DNA from: the human T2T-CHM13v2.0 reference genome, Homo sapiens
Length of the DNA: 64,000 nt
Direction: 5' to 3' (one strand)
Assembly (NCBI RefSeq): GCF_009914755.1
Contig: NC_060929.1
Part shown: piece by piece, positions 13,943 through 30,192 of the stretch
How the letters are laid out: every line of letters starts with the position of its first letter
Position numbering within the stretch: the stretch's first letter is position 1
Program-made: the position numbers and the translations under genes
Notes under the pieces: model-generated
Told to the model about the DNA's origin: nothing
The model's input: the letters and a program-made list of their open reading frames with translations, nothing else
The model's database searches: none

Positions 13943-15689
13943 TGATTATGCTGCATTTTTTCATTTGTAATGAAACCTTCTAAGTTGTCCAAGAAAGAGA
14001 GGAGCGTCCTAAAAATGAACATCAGGTCTACTTTTAAGCACCTCTTCAAATATTCTGAACCATTTAATTATGATGAAGTGAAAACAGCTCTTGCAAAGCT
14101 CAGGTGAATTCAGTCCATCTTCATTAGATCATTATTAAGTTGCTAAATTGGTTTTTCGGTCATTTTTATAAAGAATTAAGTTAACTCCTTAATATGTGCC
14201 ACATTCATTACTTTAAAGATTCAGTATGCCAAAGGTTACTGAAGATATTGAGAACCTACAGAAGATTTCTTTTATTCATAGATTTTATTCAGATATGCAA
14301 CGATTACATCCAGAAATTCTATCAGAGCATTAATGAAAATAATAGTATTACATAACAGGCAATCACAGTCAGTATCCACATGTCACTTATTTTGTAGATT
14401 GTGACAAATTTTTCATTCTAAACAGGCTGCTGTCACTTTAAATGCTTATGGGAATACTTTCCACCTTTACGCTTGCTATCCAGCTAGTATGTAGTCAGTA
14501 CATAAATTAATCTTAATGTAAACCTGAGATACACTTTGAAAGAAAGATATTCCTAGAAAAATATCATATTAGTAAATTATACCCTTTTGTTTCCCAAATA
14601 TAAAATTCTAAAACAACATAAGCTCCCCATCCACCTACTGCCCCACCCCTGCCGTACTTGGGGAGCCTGGTGTGCTGGGTACATTAGTACCCTGGTTGAT
14701 AATCATATGACCATGATGAACAGATTGTTGATCGAATAGAAAATCTTGGCTGGCTACTGGTGGTCCCTGTGTTATACTCCAATAATATTCTTTAATATTT
14801 GGTTATAATTCTGGGAATTATTACCAAATTTCAATATTGAAATAGTAATGCCTATCATACTAGCTAAAGAAACAGTTGCTAACTTGTTTACCAAAGTACA
14901 GTAGTGCAGTTAACTTCTCTTTCTCTACCTCCTTCTCCTGTGCTTCCGCCTTGCACTCCTCCACTTCGGTATACTGTAGTTCACCAAGTCCAGAGTGCTG
15001 GACTCTACAAATGGCACACAGCCTCCTCTAGTGACACTCTTTTCTGGCTCATTTCCAAATTGCAATGCCAAAACAGAAGCAAAGTGGCATAATCAGTTTC
15101 AGCCTATTTCTGTTACAAGCCAGATTAATATAAAATTTTTCCTGAGGGAAAAGTATCTATGAGAATTTAAAAATAAACTTAGCCCTCTTCCTCTGCAAAG
15201 TCCAGAGACAAATTAAACTCTTTAGTTGCCATATTATTATTGTTCTTTTTCTCTGAAAAAAACCTAGAATAAAACTTTACTACAAAGGATATATATACAA
15301 GATAGTAATAAAATATGTCAATTTCTAAATTTGCTGTAGAAATATATGCAAGATAGCAATAAAATATGGCAATTTCTATATTTTCATATATTCTTGTTTC
15401 TGCTATATAGCCTATAAAGCAAGAGCAAAAAAACTCTCAGATTACTCATAAATATTTTAACTCTTCCAACTAGTAAGTGACATTTTGAACTCTATGAAGT
15501 TATCTTGACAAGATGAGAGAATTATTAGAAGACATTGCATTGGGATGGAATCTGATCATTTATCAAGATACTGTATTTGTTATTTTACCTTTTTTCTAAA
15601 AGTGCTTATCACATCAATTCCTTTGGCCAGATCAAAGAAATCAAACTGCATCTTGGGCCTTACTGTGGATTTGTTATAATAGTTGCTAT

Positions 15690-15930
15690 TTGTTGGATGG
15701 TTACTGTGTGTAGAAACCATTCTGAGCAGTCATTTGCAGCAGCCTACACACTGTGCCAGCTACTCTTCTCATCACTTTACATACATTATCTCATTTCATC
15801 CTTATGGCAGCCTTATCCTCATGGTATAGTTGGGGAAAGTGAGACCAGCAAGGACAGGACACTGACCCAGAGTCACACAGCTACTTGATGGTGGAGCAGT
15901 AATTGGAACTCAGGTACTCTAGCTCCATAC
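15690..15930. mobile_element. MIR
   Basis: tttacatacattatctcatttcatcctt...ggggaaagtgagac...cccagagtcacacagcta. Confidence 0.65.
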
Positions 15931-16387
15931 CCTAAATAGTCAATTGGGTTGCTATTCTGCAGGAAAAAAAAAAAAGTAAGTCTGTGTTATGCTGGCGTTT
16001 TACTCTTTAATTAGCTTCATTGTTTTCGGTTGGTGTTACTTTTCATCCTGGGAACACTTCATAGGAGTTTCTTTTCTCCAGGTACAAATAAGCACACACC
16101 ACCAGCCTCTAGCAGAGTTTGAAGGAGGAGGAGGTCAGGTTCTCCCCTCTGGGGCTGGCAGGGGTAAGGATTTTAGGAGAAGGCACAAAGGTAATAGTGG
16201 CAATTGGTAACCTGGGTCCCTTGATTATAGTAGCAGCTCTGAAAGCTCCTTTCACTGGAAGGGTGACACTGACACAGCTTCCTAACTATAGAGCCTGCCC
16301 GGTATTCAAGTGTTATAGACTTTTCATAGCTTCTGATGAGACGTATTGTCTCCCAGCAATTTCATTTATTAAATAAGTAGTATTTGA

Positions 16388-16510
<123 letters not shown>

Positions 16511-16847
16511 AATGAAGACTACATTTGTGAACAAAAAATGGAGAATTAAAAATACCAACTGTACAAAATAACTCTCCAGTAACAGCCTATCTTTGTGTGA
16601 CATGTGAGCATAAAATTATGACCATGGTATATTCCTATTGGAAACAGAGAGGTTTTTCTGAAGACAGTCTTTTTCAAGTTTCTGTCTTCCTAACTTTTCT
16701 ACGTATAAACACTCTTGAATAGACTTCCACTTTGTAATTAGAAAATTTTATGGACAGTAAGTCCAGTAAAGCCTTAAGTGGCAGAATATAATTCCCAAGC
16801 TTTTGGAGGGTGATATAAAAATTTACTTGATATTTTTATTTGTTTCA

Positions 16848-17314
<467 letters not shown>

Positions 17315-17428
17315 TTAAAAACTAGAGCACAGAAGGAATAAGGTCATGAAATTTAAAAGGTTAAATATTGTCATAGGATTAAGCAGTTTAAAGATTGTTG
17401 GATGAAATTATTTGTCATTCATTCAAGT

Positions 17429-17434
17429 AATAAA
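17429..17434 (+). terminator. Polyadenylation signal for MSH3
   Basis: AATAAA with downstream GU/U-rich element (atggtatgt...ttttggtgttt). Confidence 0.75.
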
Positions 17435-19213
17435 TATTTAATGAATACTTGCTATAGATGATGGTATGTCCCATTGAATTTTGGTGTTTCCAAGTGTTTG
17501 GAAATTGTCATTTTTTAAGGTGTAATTATGAAATTAAGGTTACTGCTTTGACCAGCGCAATACACAGAAGTGAACTTGTTCATTTGGGACCTTTCTGTTC
17601 ATTAACATATCAGGTGTATCATCTTCCCAGTAATGAGCCTTATAGCTTAGTTGATTCATAACAGTGCTCCCTTCCTGCAAATTTAGGGTAACACGTGCTC
17701 AACTGTGTCCCTGGGTTTTTTACAGCACTTACAATCTGGCTTCCCAGATCCATGTGTTCTTTTTGTTTCTAAATATATGATCTTGCACAAAAGCTCTCCA
17801 TCCTATTTTCCTCTCTTTTATTATTTCTGCTCAGTTAAATGTCTTCCCCACATTTGATGGACATATTTTTAATTCCTTCTTCTGGATTATTATCTTCAGT
17901 GATCCCAGCAATGACCCCAGCCAGACACAGGAGTCAATACAGTGTCCCCAAGTTGTGGCTTCACTTTTGAGTCAGTCACTCTTTAGCTATCTGACTCTCA
18001 ACCTTATTGGAGTTAGAGTGTGATGTAATTTGATTGATTCTACCACCCCTCCAGAAATATGAACGTATAGTCAGATTCTCAAAACTGTCAAAATAGTTAG
18101 TTGGAATGTACGCTTTAAATTTTAAAAAGAACAAAATTGTTCCAATACTCTATATAACTGTAAATGTCTTATATTTTTTCTAACAAGATTTCAAAGATAG
18201 TGCTGTAACCTCACCTCACAGGGAGAAAAGGAGATAACTCCAGGAATTTCATGCCCATGCCAGAGGGAGCTGCAGGGACCAGCAATCACTGGTAATGTCC
18301 AGGTGGACATCTGGAGCCACCTCTCCCTCTTGCTTGGTCCAGGCCAGCATCAACACTGAAGCAGGTAGGGGTTCCAGGAGCATTGTGTCCTGGCAGTGGC
18401 AGCACACAGTGTCTGGCAGCTGACAACGTGGAACTTTACAGGGTAGATTGTCCAGCATGATCAGGAAGCCAGCCAGGCGGCCAGCTTGAGGGAAGGCAGG
18501 CCTCCTCCAAGCTGGGGAAGAGATCAGCACAGCTGAACTGCATTTCCAAGTGAGACTCATCCCCAGCTGGGTTACTGAGATATTGGAGGAAACGTTGAGG
18601 CCAAATCCCAGTCATAAAGACTGCACAAATGCCATGGGGAGGTAGGCAGAAAGTTGCAAACAAGTGGGTTTGTATTTCAGATAACCATCTTGGGGCTGCA
18701 ATTCTAAAGTTAGATATAATCACACAGGTGAGAATAGGGCTGCTGGTGCATGGCAAGCGCCCTCCACATTCCCTCTGGTACTGCATAGGCATGAGCCTGC
18801 AGGCTAAATGTCTTCCATACTTCAGACAGAGGCTAGGGGAGACAGGGCTGACTGGTGGCCAAATGTCAAGGAAAGTAACTTTTTAATACGATATATTCCT
18901 TTAAGTGACTTGTCCGTTTTTAGCCATCAAATTACAAATTAAGAGCTAGTGATTCTGCAGTAACACACACCAATTCCTCGAAAACCTTCTAAAGTCACAC
19001 CAGTTTAATAATTCCAACCTTAGGGAAACAAAGCCAAACATATTTTAACAAGTTTGAACTTTGACCTTTCTATTGCTTCATCTCTCCTCAGTGCTGTTTA
19101 TTCTATATAGTTTTTAAAATAGTGTTATTATATAACTAGTATAAAATATTTGAAAATCCATGGGACTATATAATTTAAAAAGAGAAAAAAGGAAAAATGA
19201 ATTTTTAAAATTA

Positions 19214-19574
<361 letters not shown>

Positions 19575-19667
19575 TTAATTTATCTCAATGTTTCTCAGTG
19601 CTGAATATGAAAATCAAATGATTCCCATTTGAATCATAGACTTTTGGACTGAGATCCAAGCTTAGTA

Positions 19668-20155
19668 TTCTTTTATCAGCTTTATTGACATAGTTTACAT
19701 ACTGCACAATTTATTTAGAGTGAATAATTCAGTGGGTTTTTGTGTATTCACAAGCTTGTACAACTGTCACTACAATCAATTTTGGAACATTCTTAATCAC
19801 CCTAAAAAGAAATGCTGTACCTATTAACTGCCAGTCTGCATTCCTCCCCAAGATCGTCAGCCCTAGACAACCCCTAATCTTCATTCTGTCTCTATAGATT
19901 TGCCTATTTTGGACATTTCATATGAATGGAACCATAGAATATGTGGTCTTTTGTGTCTGGTTTCTTTCACTTAGATGCAAGATTCATCTGTGTGTCAGAA
20001 CTTCATTCTCTTTAACTGGTAAAAAGTATTCCATTTTATGTATACCTTACATTTTAATTTATCCATTCATTAGTTGATGCACATTTGGATTGTTTCTATT
20101 TCTAGCTATTATGAGTAATTCTACCATGAATATTTGTGTATAGGTTTTTATGTGA
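19668..20155 (-). mobile_element. L1MB-type 3' end, apparently splitting a MER5 relic (resumes ~20160-20230)
   Basis: tctatagatttgcctattttggacatttcatatgaatggaaccatag. MER5-like aaaagctcccctagtaattctgatgtgcagtcaggtttg follows. Confidence 0.75.
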
Positions 20156-21819
20156 CGAGGCATAATATTTTTTAAAAAGCTCCCCTAGTAATTCTGATGT
20201 GCAGTCAGGTTTGTGAACCATTAGTCTCAAAGATGACAGATGACTAAACAGTATTTTTAATTGAGTTGACAATCATTTGGTCTGTTTGTCCACTGCTTTA
20301 TCTGTCACTTAGGGCAGAGTGTAGCATACTGTAGACCCTAATTAATATTTGTTAAAGTGGAAAAGAAAAACCAAACTCCTTCAGCTTAGAAACCCAATGA
20401 AAAGATGTTTCTTTTCATAATGAAGGCACCATTTCACTAGGGATTCAAGATCCATACAGAAGTGTGCTATATCTTTAGAAAAAAAAACTTTTTCAGACAA
20501 TTTTTCCAAGTTTGTGCCTGTCGTCATCATGGTGATGGTGTTGGGGCTGGTGAAACACTGCCCACTGCATCAATTCCAGAGTAAAAACTAGATTGAATCC
20601 AAAATTTTCTATAAATTAGTGTTGACCTTTACTGAGTTCTGAGATCAATATTAATTACTGCTGTGCTTTGTAATTATAAAAGGGCTATTTGATGTTTCAC
20701 ACCAAGGATATGGGTGGAGAGAGAAAAGAACTTGTATTAACACCATCTGTGGTTTCTAACTTTGTAATTAAGGCCAATTCCTCTGTGGAACATTTTAGTT
20801 ATTATATATCATGATTATTCGGTCTATTAATATCCAGGGAAGTACCACAGTTTGAGAGCCATTCATTCTGGTTTACTTGGGGAGTCCTATTCTATACCTG
20901 TTTTGCTGGCATAATTATTAAAAGCCTCTTTAACTCAAAAGTGTCCTGTTTTGGATAATAACTCATACAGTTACCCCAATTATAGGTGCTATTCCATGAG
21001 CACAGTTACTGACTTGCTACATTTTAAATGTCATCTAAAAAATTTTTCATTTTTTTCTTACCCATTGGATGAACCAGTTTTTCCCCTAAAGACCTGCCAG
21101 TTGTTTTTGCCTGTTCTTGATAAGTGCTTTGTATTGTGGCATTTAGAAGCTACAGCTCTGCTAATTGGTGTGTTAGAGCTTTACTACTTAATCTGTTGTT
21201 GAGGCTAAATCCCCAAAGATAACATGTCATCTGCCTCTTCTCCACGAAATCATGGTGAGGAATGTGCACCTACATGACTTTGTGAGACACGCAGCAAGAC
21301 TGTCTTCTTGCAGAAATAATTATTCCTCAGGAGGAGGAATTGCCTCTGGTTCTTTTGTCCTTTGCTCAGATCCTCTCTTCATTGCCTTTGGCTATCTTTT
21401 TTTTATTTTTTTGACAAAACAGTATTTTATTTTCACATCAGAAAAGAAATATTGTCTGCCATTTTCACCTCTTTTTCAACCTCAAGCCCCTTTTTCTTAA
21501 TCCTACTTCCAGAAAGCTCCCATTTGGAGGTAGGAATGTCTTGCCCTCTTATCAGAAGCACCAAAGGAGTTTCTTAAATGTGGATTTCTAGGCCCCGCCT
21601 TAAAGCTACTGAACCTGAATCTCTGAAGTTGGGACACAGAAATACCAGTGTTAGTTTCTGTCATCCCTTCATCACGTTCTCTCACCTTTTCCTTCCTCAT
21701 ATGGCCAATGATCTGGCCTCCAAAGAAATTTGTTAAAAATCATATTCCTTGGTTCATGACTGCTCTTTACGATTCTGTCTGATTTACTGCATCTGGTCTG
21801 GGGTCTAGGGAACTTCATT

Positions 21820-23195
21820 ATTATTTTTAAAATAGACTATTTCTTAGAGCACTTTTAGATTCAACACAAAATTGAATGGAAAGCTCAGAGAGGTCCCACA
21901 TACCCTCTGCTCAAACACACCACCTCCCTCACTATTGACATCCTGCACCATGGTGGCATGTTTGTTACGGTTGATGAACCTACATTGTCACAACACTATC
22001 ACCCAGAGTTCGTAATTTACATTGGGGCTCACTCTTGATGTTGTACCTTCTATGGGTTTGGACAGATTTCTAATGACATGTAATCACCATTATAGTATCA
22101 CACAGAATAGTTTTACTGCCCTAAAAGTCCTCTGTGCTCTGCCTATGCATCCCACTCACCCCAAACCACTGGCAACCACTGATCCTTTCACTGTCTCCAT
22201 AGTTTTGCCTTTTCCAGAATCATACAGTAGGTAGTCTTTTCAGACTAGCTTATTATTCACTTAATAACATGTACTCAAGCTTACTCCACGTCTGTTCATA
22301 GCTTGACAGCTCATTTCTTCTTAGCACTGAATAATATTCCATCATCTGGATGTACCACAGTTTATCCATTCACCTACTGAAGGACATCTTGGTTGCCTCC
22401 AAGTTTGACAATTATGAATAAAGCTCTGTAAACATCTGTGTGTAGCTTTTTACGTGGACATACGTTTTCATCTCATTTGGATAAGTACCAAGGAGTGTGA
22501 TTGCTGGTAAATGTTGTTTTGTAAGAAACCACCATACTGTCTTCCATAGTGACACTACCATTTCACATTCCCATCAGCAATGAATCAGAGTTCCTGTGGC
22601 TCCACATCCTTGCTAGCATTTGGTGGTATCAGTGTTATGGATTTTGCCATTCTAATAGTATGTTGTGGTATTCCGTTATTTTAACTTGCATTTCTTGGAT
22701 GACACGTGATGTGGAACATCTTTTTATATGCTTATTGGTCATCTATATCTTATTCGGTGAGGTGTCAAGATCTTTGGCTCATTTTTTGATCTGGTTATTC
22801 ATTTTCTTATTGTTGAACTTCAAGTATTCTTTGCATATTTTGGATAACAGTCCTTTATCAGCTATGTTTTTTGTCATCTGTGGCTTGTCTTCTCATTCTC
22901 TTGACAGCGCCTTTCATGGAGCAGAAGTTTTTTATTTTAATGAGGTCCAGCTTATCAGTTCTTTCTTTATGGATCATGCCTTTGGAGTTGTATCTAAAAA
23001 GTCATTGCTATGGCCAGGATCATCTAGATTTTCTCCTCTTCTATCTGCTAGGAATTTTGTAGTTTGCATTTTACAATGGTCTATTTGATTTTTTTGTGAA
23101 GGGTGTAAGGTCTATATCTAGTTCTTTTTTAATAGACTTTATTTTTTACAGCAATTTTAGGCTCACAGCAAAATTGAATGGAAATATAAAGAGGA
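21820..23195 (-). mobile_element. L1MC1/2-like 3' region plus a second short L1 3' terminus (~23125-23195)
   Basis: aatagactatttcttagagcacttttagattc... through antisense ORF2 end. Explains the 179-aa antisense ORF at 22549-23088. Confidence 0.8.
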
Positions 23196-23685
23196 CACTT
23201 GATTTTTAAACTGAGTATCCTAAGTGATTCCTTTGCAAATAAAGACTCAAGTTTTAAAAAGCACAGCCATATTGCCTTCAAAATGTTATTCATCAGAAGA
23301 GGTCACTTCTGCAAATAACAGTGGGCCTTTAATTTCTCCAAGCTTTTTAGATTACTTTTTAATGGAATATCAGGCAAAAGCAAACATTTAAATTGCATTT
23401 TTGTGTTATGAGATTTAAAGGAGTGTCTATGAAGAGGAGGCATAATACTTCAATCTTTTGATAAACTCTACAAGAATAGTATTTTGTATTTTCAATGATA
23501 TTTCAATCATTTTACAGCATTATCAGGAAAGGAGGTAACGAAAATATTCCCAAGCACTAACTCTGCTTCATGACCTTGAGCATTAAGTTTTCCAGCAATC
23601 AGTAGCTTTGGTATTAGCACACAAGCTAGGTTTCTAAACTATTATTTCACTGTGGGTACAAAAGCATGATAGAAAAGAGTGGTTG

Positions 23686-23810
23686 GCCAGGTGTAGTGGC
23701 TCACAGCTCTAAACTGCTGGGAGGCTCAGACAGGAGAATTGCTTTAAGCCAGGAGTTTGAAACCAGCCTGGGCAACATAACAAGACACGCTGTTTTAAAC
23801 ACAGGAAAAA
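23686..23810 (+). mobile_element. Alu monomer (FLAM-like)
   Basis: ggccaggtgtagtggctcac...accagcctgggcaacataac. Confidence 0.75.
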
Positions 23811-24084
23811 GAGTTGTTAATGAATCCAGGAATTAACTCATACTTTGTAAGCAATAGGCATATAAGTCCCTGTGTAAATGGATGCTGATCAGCAGTGGTT
23901 TAACTTATACTGCAATATTAAATGCTCCTAAAACAATCACTCCTATATTAGAAGACTTGGAGTAAGGTTTGAATTTTAAAAAAAAAAAAGAAGAAAGAAA
24001 AAGTCCTTCAGTTCTCTTGCAGTGGGAAAATGCAGTTTCTTTTTTGTGGGAAGGAATAAATTGAATAAGTTGAAATAGTAACTT

Positions 24085-24515
24085 TCTTTTTTCTTTTTTA
24101 AGGTTTTTCCTTTTTTAGGTTCAGGGGTACATGTGCCGGTTGTTATATAAGTAAACTCTTGTCATAGGGGTTTGTTTACAGATTATTTCGTCACCCAGGT
24201 ACTAAGCCTAGTACCTTACTAGTACCTAGTAAGCTCTCCCTCCTCCCACCCTCCACCCTCAAGGAGGCCCCAGTGTCAGTTGTTCCCCTCTGGGTCCATG
24301 AGTTCTTATCATTTAGCTCCCACTTATAAGCAAGAACATGCAGTATTTGGTTTTCTGTTCCTGCCTTAGTTTGCTAAGGATAACGGCCTCCAGCTCCATC
24401 CATGTTCCTGCAAAGGACATGATCCTGTTCTTTCTATGGCTGTATAGTATTCCATGGTGTATATTTACCACATTGTCTTTATCCAGTCTGTCATTGATGG
24501 GCTTTTGGGTTGATT
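24085..24515 (-). mobile_element. L1PA (15/16-like) 3' end
   Basis: ttaggttcaggggtacatgtg...catttagctcccacttataagcaagaacatg. Confidence 0.85.
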
Positions 24516-25616
24516 AGTAGCTTTTTGAATGGTAACTTTTCTACAGAAGTACCAGAGACTTCAAACTATCTGATTTAAATGTAAAAAAGACATTTGTTAG
24601 TGGCAGGTGAGTGTAGGTCATTAATTGCAAGACACCTAATTATATTCAGGCAGTTTGTGACTGGCCCTAAACCAGAAGAGAAAAATGTTATATAAATGCT
24701 CAACCATAGCTAAGACATTGTTAAACTAAAATGACTCCTTCACAGTGGCAATTTATCATAAATCTGGTCTAAATGAATAATTGCAAACTTAGTTAATAGT
24801 GATAGATTCTCTTAAGTTGCAAGAATAGAAACAGTGGCCTAACCTGGGCTTATGGAAGAAGAGAAATTGGAGTCATTTTCAGAATACAGCATAGTTTGAT
24901 TTCTGTTAGTCACTCTATCCACAACAAGCTTCCTTTCTCACTGCCTCTGTTTCTCCAGGCTTGGCAGCTGTTCCACCATTATAGAGAATCAGTTTCTCTC
25001 TGTCTTCAGTTTTGCTGCATCTGCCATTACTGACTTCCTGCTCTGTTGTCTCTTTGTTTTCTGGCCTTTTGCTTTCCTCTGGCTTAACTGCCTTCTTTCC
25101 AAGTGTCTCTGTTCCTGCCCCCTCTACCAATTTACCAATTTCTTACTTCCTTTGTCCTTCAACTGTTTAGGAAGGCAGACCTGATTGGTTATGTTAATGA
25201 TGGTAGTTCCTGTTGTACAGGTTTTTTCTGGGGCCTCCACATGGACAGCCAGCTAGCCTGGAGAGTAGCAACCTCTGGCGTGGAATTCCCTGCCTATGGC
25301 CTTGTAAATTGATGATTGAAAGGTCCTAGCAGCCCAGTGTGTCCTTCACTTCTTTCTGTATTTGCTGATGCTGTTTCTCCCTTCTCTCTTAGTGAACAAT
25401 TTATAACTTCGTACGTGGTGTCTTTTGCACCTGCCTGTACCCATCACCCTCTCACATGCTACTTCCCACTCCTCTATCTTTTCTTATTGTCCCAAACCTA
25501 TGATGTTTGTTTCTCTGAAATGCCTTTCCTCTGGCTTCCCAATGACTCTGAACTTGCTGAGCAACTTATAGCTTTGGGGTAGAAAGGATTAACTTGAATT
25601 CAGTGGGTTGTCTTAG

Positions 25617-25618
<2 letters not shown>

Positions 25619-25656
<38 letters not shown>
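25619..25656. repeat. (GT)19 microsatellite
   Basis: Perfect dinucleotide run. Confidence 0.97.
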
Positions 25657-25658
<2 letters not shown>

Positions 25659-26739
25659 TTTAGTCACTGAGTTTCACTTTACTAGGAAGAGGATCTAAAG
25701 GGGAACCAGAAGGGCCATAATTTTTTATGACATCTATCTTTCACTGTATTTGGAGGAAAGAAAAATTCTTCCCCTTAGGTCATGATTTCCACCCAAAGTG
25801 AGGATATGCAAAGAGAGCACTAACCAGCCTTTCTTTAGGCTCCAAAGATACTCATCGGACTGTGACTCATCTGATCATTGGTTGAAATATGAGTGACACA
25901 GCATATGATATACATTCAACTGAGGCTTCATGGCTCAGTACAAACAGCACTTCTAGTGCTGGCCCTGCCACTTAGTACCTTTAAAAGAGTTACAAAGATT
26001 TAGACAGTTGTAAAACCTTCAAGTGGTTGGGGTTGTTTTGAACAAGTTCTTAGTTACAGACAACAGAACATACTCCCCAGTTTATGAAGACAGGAATTTA
26101 TTATGGGGTCTATTTAGCTTTCAGAGTTTCTGAATGAGCTAGAGGATCAAGCCTAGATATTTTATGAGAAGCAGTATGGTCAGGATCAATGACCCACTGT
26201 ACTGTGCCAGTAAAAAGTTCATTGCTACCACCTCTCCTTTGCTGCTCACAAAGATAATGACTAGACACCAAAACACTCCACTGCAACTGTTGCAGAAAAA
26301 CCAAACTCCCAGATGATACCTGCCTGAGCAGCCATGGTCTTCCCTTACAAAATTCAATTCTGCTTCCAAGTCTCTCATAGATATGTGTCTTTGGTGAAAG
26401 GCAGGCCCTTACAGAACCTTAGTCTCAAGGGAATGGGAAAAATGCAGACTTTGGCCTTCTGGCTCTTGTCCACAGGAAGGAATCTGACAAATGAGTTAGA
26501 GTCCTATTGATTGAGCTGCTCTGTTATATCTGTCAAAGAAGTTATTTTGTTTCCTCTTTTGTTATTGAGTTTTGTTTCATTGTGGTCAGAAAATATCATC
26601 TATACCATTTTGACTATCTTAGAAATTCTCCTGTTATATTTCTTTAAGTGTTCCCTGAGTGCTTGAGTAAAAGGTGCATTTCCTGTCCTCAGGATATAAA
26701 GTTGTATGCATGTATATGTAAAATTTTATACCATTAGAT

Positions 26740-26940
26740 CAGAGGTGGGAAAACTATAGCCTATGGACCAAATCTGGCCCACTGCCCATTTTAGTAAATA
26801 ATGTTTAGTTTGATTACAGCTATGACCATTTGTTTCTATAGTGTCTGTGGCTGCTTTTACACTACAGTTGAGTCGTACAGCAGAGACCATATGGACTGCA
26901 AAGCCTAAAATATTTATTATTTGATTGACCCTTATATCAG
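26740..26940. mobile_element. MER58A-like hAT-Charlie DNA transposon
   Basis: aaactatagcctatggaccaaatctggcccactgcc...gagaccatatggactgcaaagcctaaaatatt. Confidence 0.75.
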
Positions 26941-26984
26941 ATCCTATGTCAATTGATTATATTAATCACATTTTCTATGTCCTA

Positions 26985-27316
<332 letters not shown>

Positions 27317-27819
27317 TGAATTATACTCTGCAGATTATCTATATAATTTTCCCTCAAATTTGTTCAATTTTTCTAGAACTAAGAAGCATATTAAACCTGA
27401 TACTTCCTTATTTATGAAGTTTTTGTTTTATGTACTTTGATGCTTTATTTGCCACATAAAGGTTTATGCCAGTTATATATCTTCATTATAGATTACACTC
27501 TTCATCATTCTACTGTAACCCACATTGTTCCATTTAATGCCTCTTGCGTTACATTCAACTTTGCCTGATATTAACATGATGACCTACTTTATTTGGGTTT
27601 GCATTTGCCCAGTATATCTGTAACAGTACTGTTTGGGTTTTTTTTGTTTGTTTCTTTGTGTGTTTGTTTGTTTTTTAGTTCTAGTGACTTCACTATGTCT
27701 CTTGAAGACAGCAGATAGTTAGAAACTCTGACCCTTTTTTTTTTTTTTTTTTTTTTGAATAGGTGAACTTGTCCTTTATACATGAACTGATACAACTGAT
27801 ATACTTCTGGGATCCTATT

Positions 27820-28138
27820 ATTTTTCTTTCTTTCTTTCTTTCTTTTTTTTTTTTTTGAGACAGAGTCTCACTGTGTTGCCCATCCTGGAATATAGTAGCA
27901 CGGTCTTGGCTCACTGCAACCTCCACCTCCCAGGCTCAAACAATTCTCAGCCTCAGCCTCCCAAGTAGCTGGGATTACAGGTATGCACCACCACGCCCGG
28001 CTAATGTTTTGTATTTTTAGAAGAGACAGGATTTCACCATATTGGCTAGGCTATTCTCAAACTCCTGACCTCAAGTGATCCGCCTGCCTCAGCCTCCCAA
28101 AGTGCTGGGATTATAGGTGTGAGCCACCGAGCCTGGCC
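27820..28138 (-). mobile_element. AluS
   Basis: (TTTC)n/poly(T) tail, reverse dimer. Confidence 0.9.
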
Positions 28139-28296
28139 CTATTAGTTTTCTTCTTACATATCTCTGTGAAGGTTTTTATTCTTCTGTTTTTCTATATGGC
28201 CCCTTTTTGTTTTGCCCATCATCCCATTAGTTCTGTTGGGATTGTCTTTATAACCGAAAACAATCATATGTTTCAGTTTTTCTTCTTAAATACTAC

Positions 28297-28933
<637 letters not shown>

Positions 28934-29706
28934 AGGTGTGTGTGTCTGTATGTGTGTGTGTGTATGTGTGTATAAAACTACAGAAAAATATGTGCTGCCA
29001 ATTCTCTTACACTGATTTCCTCCTATCTCTTTTGGCTCCTGTTTTGTTGATGTATTCTGGATTTTTTTCTAAGTTCATTATGATTGAATTATTCTTTCTC
29101 ATTTTAACATTAGCTTTTCTTCAAAACTTTATTACAGTTATAGTCTATTTGGTATCTATACTTACACGTATTTTTGTGTTTATGTTTAACTGGAAGTGAT
29201 GCTTATTTCTAGCTTTTCCATATCAAAACTTTCCTGCGAGTTCTTTATTGTGATGCATCAACTTAACTGGATTATGTCTTCAGTATTTTTTAGAAAGGAT
29301 TCATGGTTGCTATATTTCCTGAATTCCCACATATGTGAGCCTGGCTTTCTTTGGTTTGTATGTGTGAATGGAAGCTTGGCTTTTTAGGGTCTCGTTTCAT
29401 TCAAGCCTTGTGAACTTTGCATCATTGCTTTTTGGCACCTAATGTTGCTAAGGAGAAATGTAAGGTCAGTCTGATTTATTTTTCTTGGGGATTACATTTC
29501 CTTATGGTGGATAGATATTCTCTATCCTTGAAGTTCAACACTATAACCAGAATTTGTTTTATTAATGAGTAAGTTCTATTAATTTTCCCTAAAACACAGC
29601 CCTTTTATTCTACTTAGTCTAGCTTTCCTTTTATACAGAAAAATTTTCTTCTACTGTGTATTTGAGCATTATTTTTTTTTTCTGTTCTCCTCTTTAGAAA
29701 ACTATA

Positions 29707-29993
29707 GGCCAGGTATGGTGGCTCATGCTTATAATAACAGCACTTTAGGAGGCTGAAGTGGTGGATCCCTTGCACACAGGAGTTCAAGACCAGCCTGGGC
29801 AAATTGCAAAACTCCGTTTCTACAAAAAATTAGCTGGGTTTGGTGGTGTGTGCCTGTAGTCCCAGCTACTGCAGAGGTTGAGGTGGGAGCATCACCTGAG
29901 CCCAGGAGGTCAAGACTGCAGTCAGCTGTGGTCATGCCACTGCACTCCAGCCTGGGCTACAGAGCGAGACCCTGTCTCAGAAAAGAAAAGAAA
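29707..29993 (+). mobile_element. AluJ
   Basis: Dimeric Alu (gaggtcaagactgcag). Confidence 0.9.
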
Positions 29994-30192
29994 AACTGTT
30001 ACCACATGTTGACGCTATTGAATTCTATATGGGACCTTTTTAGTAATAACTTTTATCTCTGTAACCCCAGCTATTCTTATCCTCCATTGCTCTCCGTTTC
30101 TCTTTCCATTTGTTTTCTTCAGATCCTAAGATATCACAGCCCATGTTTTTTCTCTAAAACTTTAAAAGTTTTCAGGAGGAATCTTCAAATGT

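Noticed and set aside
20380-21400. Unique AT-rich region with protein-looking fragments on the - strand (KDIAHFCMDLESLVKWC)
   Set aside because: Short, interrupted by stops, with no convincing splice frame or recognisable family.
22549-23088. 179-aa ORF with hydrophobic stretches
   Set aside because: It is the antisense reading of a decayed L1 ORF2 end.
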